The translations under genes were made by a program, and so were the position numbers. A DNA stretch of 64,000 nt from contig JBBQXJ010000003.1 in NCBI GenBank assembly GCA_038209745.1, forward strand, positions 1 through 64,000. The letters run 5' to 3'. How positions within the stretch are numbered: position 1 is the first letter of the stretch; every line of letters begins with the position of its first letter. The stretch is from Verrucomicrobiota bacterium (GTDB lineage: Bacteria; Verrucomicrobiota; Verrucomicrobiia; Limisphaerales; CANJSG01). A model generated the notes under the pieces. It saw only the letters and a list, made by a program, of their open reading frames with translations, did no database searches and was not told the DNA's origin. Shown one piece after another: positions 54,962 to 64,000 of the stretch.

Positions 54962-55972
54962 CTACCCGTCACTCGCGGGAACGCCGTCTCGGAACCAATG
55001 CACGGCCTCCCTCAGCGCTTCCCGGGGTGGCGTCTGCGGCAGTCCCAGCTCCCGGATGGCCTTCGCCGGATTGAACCACATTTTGTCCGCCGCCATCCGG
55101 ACTCCGGCCAGCGGTGCTCTTGGAGGATGCCCGGTCAGCTTGGCCAAGCCCTCGCTCGCGAAGGCGGCGCCAAAGGCGCACCACAGCGGCAGCCGGATCT
55201 TCGGGGCGGGGAGCCCGCTCAGTTCCTCCAGATGCTGCATCATCTGGCGCAGCGTCCAGTTCCCGTCCGCATTGCCCAGAATGTAGCGTTCGCCGATCCG
55301 GCCCCGTTCCGCCGCCAGGACATGGCCTTCGGCCACGTCACGGACTGAAACCCAGTTCAGGCCCGTATCCACATAGGCCGGTAGGCGGCGCCGGAGGAAA
55401 TCGCGGAGGATCAGTCCCGTCGGTGTCGGCTTCAGGTCCCAGGCGCCGACCGGGGCCGTCGGGTTGACGATGATGACGGGCGCGCCCTGCGCCGCCATGG
55501 TCGCGGCCACCTGTTCCGCCCGCCACTTCGAGAGCTTGTAGGGATTGGTCATCTCCGCCTCCTTGGCGATGCAGCCCTCGTCGGCCGGTGAGATCGCCGC
55601 ATTGGCGAGGCCGATACATCCTGCGGTGCTCGTGTGGATGATTCGGGAACAACCTGCCTCGGTCGCCGCCGCCAACACCCGGCGGGTGCCCTCGACATTG
55701 GTGGCGAACATCGGTCCGTAGTCCGGGAGCCACAGATGGTAGCTGGCGGCCAAATGGAAGCACCAGTCGACGCCTTCCAAGGCAGCTCGCAGGCCCGATG
55801 GATCCGTGAGGTAGTCCGATTCGATCCGGCGAACTTCGCATCCGGCTAGCGCGCTTCGATCTGTGCCCGGTCGCAGCAGGGCCGTCACGTGGTGTCCGCG
55901 GGTTCGGAGCGCGCGGACCACATGTGCCCCGATGAAACCGGACGCGCCGGTGACCAGACAACGTGCGGCCAT
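54962..55972 (-). CDS. hpnA: NAD-dependent epimerase/dehydratase, hopanoid-associated HpnA-like
   Basis: TGASGFIG, HLAASYHLW, YKLSK, VNPTAPVGAWDLKPTPTG, PAYVDTGLN. Confidence 0.82.
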   Translation of the reverse strand: MAARCLVTGASGFIGAHVVRALRTRGHHVTALLRPGTDRSALAGCEVRRIESDYLTDPSGLRAALEGVDWCFHLAASYHLWLPDYGPMFATNVEGTRRVLAAATEAGCSRIIHTSTAGCIGLANAAISPADEGCIAKEAEMTNPYKLSKWRAEQVAATMAAQGAPVIIVNPTAPVGAWDLKPTPTGLILRDFLRRRLPAYVDTGLNWVSVRDVAEGHVLAAERGRIGERYILGNADGNWTLRQMMQHLEELSGLPAPKIRLPLWCAFGAAFASEGLAKLTGHPPRAPLAGVRMAADKMWFNPAKAIRELGLPQTPPREALREAVHWFRDGVPASDG

Positions 55973-56198
55973 TGGGCGGGCTGATTAGTCGAGCAGCCCG
56001 CAGCCGGAAAGCCATTTCTGTCGCGGTCTCGAAGCGCCCGTCTCTCCTGCGGTCGGAATGTTCGAAGTCTGTTCCTGTCCGGCCGTTGCGCAGACCGGAG
56101 GAAACCCGAGAACGGAGAGGGGTGAGCGTCGCGGCGGTGCGCTTCGAAGAATGGGGTTGGACACGGGCGATCTTCAGGCAACTATAAGTTTCATTCTT

Positions 56199-56618
56199 AT
56201 GCCCAAGAAACCTACATCCCGCCGCCGCCTGACCCGCAAGCAGCAGCGTGATATCGACATCGAGATCGGCTTCCTGGAGGGACTCGTCCGGCGCGATCCC
56301 GAATACGTGGAGGCCTTGGAGATTCTCGGTGACGGCTACACCAAGCGCGGGCGCTTCGAAGAGGGGCTTGGCATCGACCAACAGCTCGTCGCCCTGCGTC
56401 CGACCGATTCCGGGATGTGCTTCAATCTCGCCTGCAGCCTCTCCCTGACCAAGCGACTGGACGAAGCCCTGAACGCCCTGCGCCAGGCGATCCAGTTTGG
56501 CTACAGGGACTTCGAATGGCTTCTGAAGGATCCGGACCTCCGCCGTGTCCGCGAGGACGAGCGGTTCGCGGTCATCCTCGCATTGATCGAAGGTGAACTT
56601 TCGCAGCAGGGCTCCTAG
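56199..56618 (+). CDS. Small TPR protein
   Basis: LGDGYTKRGRFEEGL, FNLACSLS, GYRDFEWLLKDPDL; start ATG 56199. Confidence 0.8.
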   Translation: MPKKPTSRRRLTRKQQRDIDIEIGFLEGLVRRDPEYVEALEILGDGYTKRGRFEEGLGIDQQLVALRPTDSGMCFNLACSLSLTKRLDEALNALRQAIQFGYRDFEWLLKDPDLRRVREDERFAVILALIEGELSQQGS

Positions 56619-56627
56619 CCTGCGCGC

Positions 56628-57755
56628 ATGATCGTCCAGCATGGCGGCCAGTCCCGCCACTACCGCACCGTTACGTTCGACACGGAGGCGAACGAGCTCT
56701 GCCTGATCGAGCAGCGCCTCCTCCCGCACGAGTTCGTCCTCGTCCGCACCCGCACCTTCCGCGAAACCGCCGCCGCCATCCGCGACATGGTGGTGCGCGG
56801 CGCCGGCGCCATCGGTGCGACCGCCGCTTACGGATTGGCCCAGGGCGCGCTCGCCTTTCGGGGGAAGGATCCGGGGCGTTTCGCCGACCACATGGAGAAG
56901 GTTTTCCAAGCCTTGAAGGACGCCCGTCCCACCGCCGTGGATCCGGTGAATGCCATGCTCGATGTCCGACGGGCGATGCTCCCCGGCGAGACCGTCGTCG
57001 AACAGCAGGCCTTGGCCGTCGCCGCCGCCGAGGGCTTTGCCAACGAAGACGTGGATCATTGCCGCGCCATCGGGAAACACGGAGCGAAGCTGATCCGCAA
57101 CGGCATGAACGTGCTCACGCATTGCAACGCCGGTTGGCTTGCTTTCGTGGACTATGGCAGCGCCACGGCTCCGATGTATGCGGCCCAGGAAAAGGGGCGG
57201 TCCTTCCACGTTTTTTGCGATGAAACCCGCCCCCGCAGCCAAGGCGCGACCCTCACCGCCTGGGAGTTGGCCCAGCAGGGCGTTCCGCACCACATCATCG
57301 CGGACAACGCCGCCGGCCATTTCATGCAGCGCGGCGAGATCGACCTCGTCATCGTCGGCAGCGACCGCACTCTCGGCCGCACGGGCGAAGTGGCCAACAA
57401 GATCGGCACCTACACCAAGGCTGTTTTGGCCCACCGGCACGGGATCCCGTTCTACGTCGCCATCCCGCTTTCGACCCTCGATTGGAGCCTTCGTCGCGGT
57501 TCGGACATCCCCATAGAAGAACGGCACGAGAGCGAAGTGCTCGGGGCCTGGGGCGTTGTGGCAAAACCCAATGCCGGGAGCCGCAGTCTGACGGGAGGAG
57601 AACGCGCCTACGTGCGGGTCGCCAACCCCGGCAGTCCGGGGCGCAATCCGGCCTTCGATGTCACGCCGGCCGAGCTGGTTACCGGCATCATCACTCCGGT
57701 GGGAATCTTCAAGCCCGGCGAATTGTGGACCAATCGGGCCCGCTTGGGGCGATGA
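56628..57755 (+). CDS. mtnA: S-methyl-5-thioribose-1-phosphate isomerase
   Basis: MVVRGAGAIG, RPTAV, LTHCNAG, DETRP, ANKIGTY, NPAFDVTP. Confidence 0.93.
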   Translation: MIVQHGGQSRHYRTVTFDTEANELCLIEQRLLPHEFVLVRTRTFRETAAAIRDMVVRGAGAIGATAAYGLAQGALAFRGKDPGRFADHMEKVFQALKDARPTAVDPVNAMLDVRRAMLPGETVVEQQALAVAAAEGFANEDVDHCRAIGKHGAKLIRNGMNVLTHCNAGWLAFVDYGSATAPMYAAQEKGRSFHVFCDETRPRSQGATLTAWELAQQGVPHHIIADNAAGHFMQRGEIDLVIVGSDRTLGRTGEVANKIGTYTKAVLAHRHGIPFYVAIPLSTLDWSLRRGSDIPIEERHESEVLGAWGVVAKPNAGSRSLTGGERAYVRVANPGSPGRNPAFDVTPAELVTGIITPVGIFKPGELWTNRARLGR

Positions 57756-57880
57756 ATCCGGCCCATTCTCGCTGAACAACGTCCCGGAAACCTTCGTCTG
57801 ACACGGGTTGGATGACGGGCGTTGAAAGTCCCGGTTCGATCCGTTTTGTTGCTCGAAGCATCCAGAAGACTGCAAAAAGC

Positions 57881-57904
57881 CAATTGCACGTATACGTATG
57901 ATTG
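57881..57904. promoter_or_regulatory. Palindromic putative operator upstream of the MacAB-type operon
   Basis: CAAT-TGC-ACGTATACGT-ATG-ATTG dyad in an AT-rich patch about 20 nt before the start. Confidence 0.5.
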
Positions 57905-57925
57905 CCTAGGTTGCGCCATATTCGC

Positions 57926-59152
57926 ATGAGTAAACTGATAACAAGTCTGGTGGTGGCCGGCGTCCTGGCGGGCAGCGGCTTTGTTGCCTGGAAAAAGTGG
58001 GGCGGTGCCGCGATGCCAGCCCAAACCGCGGGTCGGATGCCCTCCACCGCCGTGGCGGAGAAGCGCGACATCAGCTTCGCCATCAATGTCGCCGGCGACA
58101 TTGGTCCGGCCGACCAGGTGTCCGTGCGGCCGGAGGTCAACGGCAAGATCGACAAGCTGCCGGTGGACATCGGCGACCCGGTCAAGAAGGGCGAGTTGCT
58201 TTTCAGCCTCGACGACAAGGATCTCCAGATCGGGCGCCAGCAGCAAAACGCGCAGATCGACGGCTCGAAACTGTCGCTCAAGGGCGCACAGGTAGTGCAG
58301 GACCAGGCCGAAAGGAACTTCGCCCGCTCGAAGCAGCTGTTCGGAGAACGGCTGGTCTCCCAGGAAGTCTTCGACGATTCCAAGACCACGCTGGACAGGG
58401 CCAAGAACGACGTTGCTTTGGCGGGAAACAGTTTGCTGCGCTCCGAGAAGGAACTCGCGCTGGTCGACGAGCGCCTGACCAAGACCAGGATCTTTGCTCC
58501 CTTCGACTGCACCATCCTGACCAGGCCGGTCTCGGTCGGGCAGGCGGTTTCGGGCTCCGGCGGTTTCAACAGCGGCACCGAAGTGCTGACCATCGCGAAC
58601 CTGACCGACCTCGTGATCAACGCCCACGTCAACCAAGTGGACGTCACCCGGCTTTTCGTGAACCAGGACGTCGACATCCAGATCGACTCGGTGCCCGGCC
58701 TGAAGCTCAAGGGGCTGGTGGACCGCATCGCCCCGCAGGCGACGATCAAGAACCAGATCAAGGGCTTCGCCTGCCGCATTTCCCTGAAGTCGGTGGACCC
58801 GCGCGTCCGGCCCGGCATGACGGCCAATATTTCCATACCCGTATCCTCGGCCGCCAATGTCGTCACCGTGCCGCTTTCCGCTGTGTTCACCGAGCAGGAC
58901 GGACGCTTCGTCTACGTGAAGCGTGCCGACGGAATGTTCGAGAAACGCCCGGTCCGCATCGGCGTCTCCGACTTTTTCAGGGCGGAAGTGCAGGAGGGAC
59001 TGACCGGTGGAGAAGACGTCTCGCTGGAGCCTCCCGGAGCCCGTGCCGTTGAAGCGGCCGGAGCCGGTGGCAAAGGAAAGACGGCCGGCAAGAACGCAGC
59101 GGGAGCCCGCACCAGCCTGGGCGTCGCCACGGTCCGTTCCGCCAAAGGTTGA
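57926..59152 (+). CDS. Efflux periplasmic adaptor subunit (MacA/HlyD family)
   Basis: N-terminal anchor; VRPEVNGKI, GDPVKKGELL, IFAPFD, RPGMTAN; start ATG 57926. Confidence 0.9.
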   Translation: MSKLITSLVVAGVLAGSGFVAWKKWGGAAMPAQTAGRMPSTAVAEKRDISFAINVAGDIGPADQVSVRPEVNGKIDKLPVDIGDPVKKGELLFSLDDKDLQIGRQQQNAQIDGSKLSLKGAQVVQDQAERNFARSKQLFGERLVSQEVFDDSKTTLDRAKNDVALAGNSLLRSEKELALVDERLTKTRIFAPFDCTILTRPVSVGQAVSGSGGFNSGTEVLTIANLTDLVINAHVNQVDVTRLFVNQDVDIQIDSVPGLKLKGLVDRIAPQATIKNQIKGFACRISLKSVDPRVRPGMTANISIPVSSAANVVTVPLSAVFTEQDGRFVYVKRADGMFEKRPVRIGVSDFFRAEVQEGLTGGEDVSLEPPGARAVEAAGAGGKGKTAGKNAAGARTSLGVATVRSAKG

Positions 59153-59158
59153 AGCGCC

Positions 59159-59869
<711 letters not shown>

Positions 59870-59884
59870 GGGCCTGATTTTAGC

Positions 59885-61240
59885 ATGGACCTTTGGATGG
59901 CCATTTCAGTCGGGTTGAAGGAGATCTGGGCGCACAAGTTCCGCTCACTTCTCACGATGCTCGGCATCATCCTCGGGGTCGCCAGCCTCGTGGCCATGTC
60001 CGCGCTGGTGCGGGGCATGGAGAACGGCATGAAGGAAGCCTTCGTGGCCATCGGCGGGCTCGAGCGCATCCAGGTCGTCCAGAACGACCAGCTCCCGCCC
60101 TCCCAGATGCATCTGGCGGACCAGGCCGTGGGCAACACCATGAACGACGTGACGGCCATCAGGGCGAACGTCCCCTACGTGAACCTGATCGTCCCGGAGA
60201 TCCGATTGCGCGGCATCAACGCGCGGAAGGGCGGCAAGTCCATGTTCACATGGATGGTGCTCGGCACCACGCCCGAGTATTTGGAGATCAGCCAACATCA
60301 CGTCGCGCAGGGACGGATGTTCAACGAGATCGACAACGAGATGGCGCGCAGCGTCTGCGTCATCGGGACCTTGGTGCGGGACGAACTGTTCGGGACCCCC
60401 GAGGAAACGGGCCATCCCTACGATCCAGTCGGCGAAGTCATCTATCTCAACCGCCAGCCGTTCACCGTGGTCGGCATGTTCGACCACTACGAAAGCGCCC
60501 AGGAGAAGAAGCAGCGCGAATACTTCGAGCTCCATCCGGAGGAGAAGCCGAAGGGCTCCGGCCGCGGACGGCGTCCGCGCGGGACCAGCTTTGTCTTCCA
60601 CATGAAGAACATGACGATCCTCATGCCCTTGAACACGGCCATGATGAACTTCAGGTCCGCGACGGGCACGAACAGCCTCCCGGACTACACGCTCAGCACC
60701 ATCAACCTCCGGATCGACCGTTTCGAATCCCTCGAACCCGCGCTCGGCCAGATCAGGAACGTGCTCATGTCCGTCCACAAGGGCATCGAGGACTTCGGCT
60801 TCATGACCCAGGAGGACTGGGCCGAGCGGATCAAGGTCAACATCCAGAACTCCCGTGTGAGCGGCGGCCTCATCGCCGCGATCAGCCTTTTGGTCGGCGG
60901 CATCGGCATCATGAACATCATGCTGGCCAGCATCACGGAACGCGTCCGCGAGGTCGGCCTGCGCAAGGCCGTCGGCGCGACCGGTCCCGACATCTTCGTC
61001 CAGATCCTCGTGGAAAGCGTGGTCATCGCCATCCTCGGCGGCCTGGCCGGGTTGGTCGCTTCGATGGGACTGGTCGAAGTGTTGAAGCTCGTTTCCCCGA
61101 CGGACAATTCGCCGGAAATCACCGTGACCGCGTTGGCGATCGGTTTTGCCGCGAGCGTCGCTGTCGGGATTCTGGCGGGGCTTTATCCGGCGGTGAAGGC
61201 CAGCCGACTGGAACCCATGCAGGCCCTGCGCTACGAGTAG
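59885..61240 (+). CDS. ABC transporter permease (MacB/FtsX type) 1
   Basis: RSLLTMLGIILGV, LLVGGIGIMNIMLASITERVREVGLRKAVGA, ALRYE. Confidence 0.93.
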   Translation: MDLWMAISVGLKEIWAHKFRSLLTMLGIILGVASLVAMSALVRGMENGMKEAFVAIGGLERIQVVQNDQLPPSQMHLADQAVGNTMNDVTAIRANVPYVNLIVPEIRLRGINARKGGKSMFTWMVLGTTPEYLEISQHHVAQGRMFNEIDNEMARSVCVIGTLVRDELFGTPEETGHPYDPVGEVIYLNRQPFTVVGMFDHYESAQEKKQREYFELHPEEKPKGSGRGRRPRGTSFVFHMKNMTILMPLNTAMMNFRSATGTNSLPDYTLSTINLRIDRFESLEPALGQIRNVLMSVHKGIEDFGFMTQEDWAERIKVNIQNSRVSGGLIAAISLLVGGIGIMNIMLASITERVREVGLRKAVGATGPDIFVQILVESVVIAILGGLAGLVASMGLVEVLKLVSPTDNSPEITVTALAIGFAASVAVGILAGLYPAVKASRLEPMQALRYE

Positions 61241-61246
61241 AAGACG

Positions 61247-62608
61247 ATGCTCCTGTTCAACGCCATGATGGTCGGTCTGAAGGAGATCTGGGCGAACCGG
61301 TTCCGCTCCATGCTCACCATGCTCGGCATCATTCTCGGCGTCAGCAGCCTGGTGGCCATGTCCGCCGTGGTGAAGGGCATGGAGAACGCCATGAAGGAGT
61401 CGCTCATCGCCATGGGCGGTCTCGACAAGGTGACCTCCGACGAGCAGGAGGTTCCGGTTGAACAGCAGCACCTCGCCGATCAAGCGGTGAAGCGCTCCAT
61501 CCGCGACGTCATGGCCCTCAAGAACACGGCGGGCATGCTCAAGCTGGTTTCGCCGGAGATGGAGCTGAATCGCGCCATCATCACCCGCGGCGAGAAGTCC
61601 GCCCGTCCCTCGGAACTCGTCGGAGTCTGGCCCGCCGTGCTGGACATGAACCTGCACACGCTGCAATACGGCCGCTTCTTCACCGACCTCGACGAGGAAC
61701 TCGCCAACCCGGTGATCGTCATCGGCACCGGCATCCGCGACGAGCTGTTCGGGTCTCCTGAAGACACCGGCAAGACGATCGTGCCCATCGGCGAGGTCGT
61801 CCAGGTCAACGACCAGTCCTTCACCATCGTGGGGATGTTCGAGCACTACGAGGGCGAGGAAGACCGGAAGATGCGCTTGGAGATGGAGCGTCGGGCCAAG
61901 GAGACCAAGGTGGCTGGCGCCGTGGAGCGGCGGCGTGGTTGGGGCAGCAAGCGCTGGAGCCCGTTTTACCGGAAGAACATGACCGCCTACATCCCGCTCA
62001 ACACGATGTGGCTGCGGTTCCGCTCCGCCAATGGTAACGACAGCGTGCCCGATCCTTCGCTGACCGCGCTGGACGTCAAGGTGCGCGACCTGACCCGGAT
62101 CGACGAATCTCTCCAACAGGCCAAAAACGTGATGATGATCACGCACAACGGCGTGGAGAACTTCAGCTTCAACACGCAGGAAGGGAACATCGAGGAGATC
62201 GACACCAACATCCGCAACGCCCGCCGCTCCGGTGGACTCATCGCCGGCATCGCGCTTCTGGTCGGTGGCATCGGCATCATGAACATCATGCTGGCGAGCA
62301 TCACCGAGCGCATCCGCGAGATCGGCATCCGCAAGGCGATCGGCGCCGGCACCGCCGCCATCTTCCTCCAGATCCTGGTGGAGAGCGTGGTCATCTCCGT
62401 GTTCGGCGGAGTCCTCGGGGTCTTCTGCTCCTACGGCTTTGTTGATCTTCTCAGTTGGCTCACTCCCAGCCAGACGACGCCGGAAGTGACGATCGGTTCA
62501 TTGATCATGGCCTTCTGCTTCAGTGTCGGGGTGGGCATCATCGCCGGGATCACGCCCGCCATCAAAGCCGCCCGGCTCCATCCCATCCAGGCGTTGCGGT
62601 TCGATTGA
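61247..62608 (+). CDS. ABC transporter permease (MacB/FtsX type) 2
   Basis: RSMLTMLGIILGV, GGIGIMNIMLASITERIREIGIRKAIGA, ALRFD; tandem paralog of permease 1. Confidence 0.93.
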   Translation: MLLFNAMMVGLKEIWANRFRSMLTMLGIILGVSSLVAMSAVVKGMENAMKESLIAMGGLDKVTSDEQEVPVEQQHLADQAVKRSIRDVMALKNTAGMLKLVSPEMELNRAIITRGEKSARPSELVGVWPAVLDMNLHTLQYGRFFTDLDEELANPVIVIGTGIRDELFGSPEDTGKTIVPIGEVVQVNDQSFTIVGMFEHYEGEEDRKMRLEMERRAKETKVAGAVERRRGWGSKRWSPFYRKNMTAYIPLNTMWLRFRSANGNDSVPDPSLTALDVKVRDLTRIDESLQQAKNVMMITHNGVENFSFNTQEGNIEEIDTNIRNARRSGGLIAGIALLVGGIGIMNIMLASITERIREIGIRKAIGAGTAAIFLQILVESVVISVFGGVLGVFCSYGFVDLLSWLTPSQTTPEVTIGSLIMAFCFSVGVGIIAGITPAIKAARLHPIQALRFD

Positions 62609-62736
62609 CGCGCTTCGGCGGAACGGGGCGTTCCCAATTTTCACCGCGGTAGGCAACCCGGGTCGGTGTCTTTGGCCGGCGACTCGTGCGGTCTTTTGTG
62701 ACTCAACCCCGGGTCCCATGGAGCCGCCCCGCTTTT

Positions 62737-63240
62737 GTGCGTCCCGCTCGTTTCCTCTCCTCCCTCGCCGTCGTGGGCTTGATCGCCATGACTTCCTGCC
62801 GGGCCTCCGCGACTGCGGACGATCACGGCAAAGCCGTTGCCGCAGCGGCCGCCAAGGCGTGGGCTCGGATGTTTGAGATTCTCGCGCGAATCCTTCCGCC
62901 GACCTTTCCCGACCGTGATCGCGACATGACGAAGTTCGGGGCGGAGGGCGCCGACACGACCGATTGCACCAAGGCCCTTGCCGACGCCATCGCGGCCTGC
63001 CATCGAGTGGGAGGTTGGTGGTGCCACAGGCGTCTCCGATCCCAGGAAGTATCTGCCCGTCGTCTTAACGCGCATCGAGTGCAGGGAAGTGACGAACCGC
63101 TCGCCCCTGATCGACGCCTTCGAGCCGGAGAACGTCGCCAATGGCCCCTTCGAAGTTTCAGTCAAGAAACCCGGCGACGTGGTCACGAACGCCGCCCGCA
63201 TCCGCCTGTTCGGCAACACCGGTTTCAACGCCGGACAGTG
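62737..63240 (+). pseudogene. Degraded glycoside hydrolase family 28 (polygalacturonase) gene
   Basis: One frame: ILARILPPTFPDRD..TKFGA...DCTKALADAIAACHRVGG; second frame: DPRKYLPVVLTRIE...SPLIDAFEPENVA; catalytic core absent. Confidence 0.7.
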
Positions 63241-63489
63241 GATTCCGCAGAGACATCTTTCGTTGTTCAAGCTCGGGAGCCGCTCGCCAAACGTCGGTGG
63301 TGGGACTCGATCGGCATTTCGATTTCATCATGGGGCTTTTCTTCGGGTTTCCTGTTGCCTCAAGCGTGGGTCGATGGTCGGCTTTGGTCGTTCCAGGAGG
63401 AGACCGCGTCAACCGCTCGCAACAGATCGGGAGGACGGGGGACTCTCGGTCGGTCGTTCACACCCGGCTCTCCCTTGGACGTTGTAACA

Positions 63490-63876
63490 ATGAATCGTTT
63501 ATCGAGGCAGGAGCACGGCAATCGCACCGTCTTTGGGGTTTTCAGCGCCATGGCGTTTGCCATCGCCGGGGCGATCTTGAACTTCGGCGGCCATGGACCG
63601 TTCAAGGCCTCGGAATGGACGATGGTCTTCGTGCCCGTTCTGCCGTTGCTGGCCTTTGGCTGCTCCCATCTGGCGCGGTATCGCGGCTATTCCAGCGGCG
63701 TCTCCTATGGCTTGATCTTCCTGGTGATCGCGGGTGCGGCGTTGGCCACCCCGATCTTGTCGGCCTCCACCTTCGGAGTCGTCGTCATTGCCGCTTCGGC
63801 TGTTCCGCCGTTGATCCTCATGACGCTCAACGTCCGTCCCGGCAATTTCCGCAGCGGCCGGGAAAACAAGAAGTAG
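63490..63876 (+). CDS. Hypothetical 4-TM membrane protein
   Basis: 128 aa with four hydrophobic segments and a LARYRGY loop; start ATG 63490. Confidence 0.65.
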   Translation: MNRLSRQEHGNRTVFGVFSAMAFAIAGAILNFGGHGPFKASEWTMVFVPVLPLLAFGCSHLARYRGYSSGVSYGLIFLVIAGAALATPILSASTFGVVVIAASAVPPLILMTLNVRPGNFRSGRENKK

Positions 63877-64000
63877 GTTTTCCTTTCCATTTCCAGCTGA
63901 TCGCAATTCGTTGTTCGGCGTTGATTCAGAATCGTCCCCCACGCCGCGCCACCCGCCTGCTTTGGGGTGCTGAAATTCATAGGTGACCTTGGACAGGATC

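Noticed and set aside
62686..63876. 396-aa ORF as a novel GH28-membrane protein fusion
   Set aside because: GH28 similarity switches frame near 63015 and the linker looks non-coding; better explained as a pseudogene plus a separate gene from 63490.

Overview
A gene-dense, high-GC bacterial chromosomal segment with about 60 CDS. I found no rRNA, tRNA, CRISPR array, intact transposase or integrase. The gene content (DUF1549/DUF1553-DUF1501 pair, DUF5069, DUF2851, PEP-CTERM protein, prepilin triplets, Tat-exported isomerase, GTAG/GGAG REP-like hairpins) points to Verrucomicrobiota, probably Pedosphaerales/Limisphaerales-like; this is an inference. Recognisable genes include alaS, rnc, ggt, mtnA, an hpnA-like epimerase, sorAB-like genes, an M16 protease pair and a MacAB-type ABC exporter. 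The most notable signals are: (1) a four-helix-bundle (IVS-protein family) gene wedged into the DUF1553-DUF1501 operon and bracketed by inverted 7-bp repeat arrays; (2) a ~90-codon low-GC in-frame insert inside the essential alaS gene; (3) two paralogous PilV/PilW/PilX-like triplets 48 kb apart; (4) strong Thr-Asn dipeptide enrichment in exported but not cytoplasmic proteins; (5) a monoheme cytochrome-porin-monoheme lipoprotein operon; (6) an 11-bp-periodic TnnACA (CarH/LitR-type) operator upstream of a fasciclin gene. All family calls come from motif recognition by eye, with no database searches. Start codons that differ from the ORF track are my best estimates.
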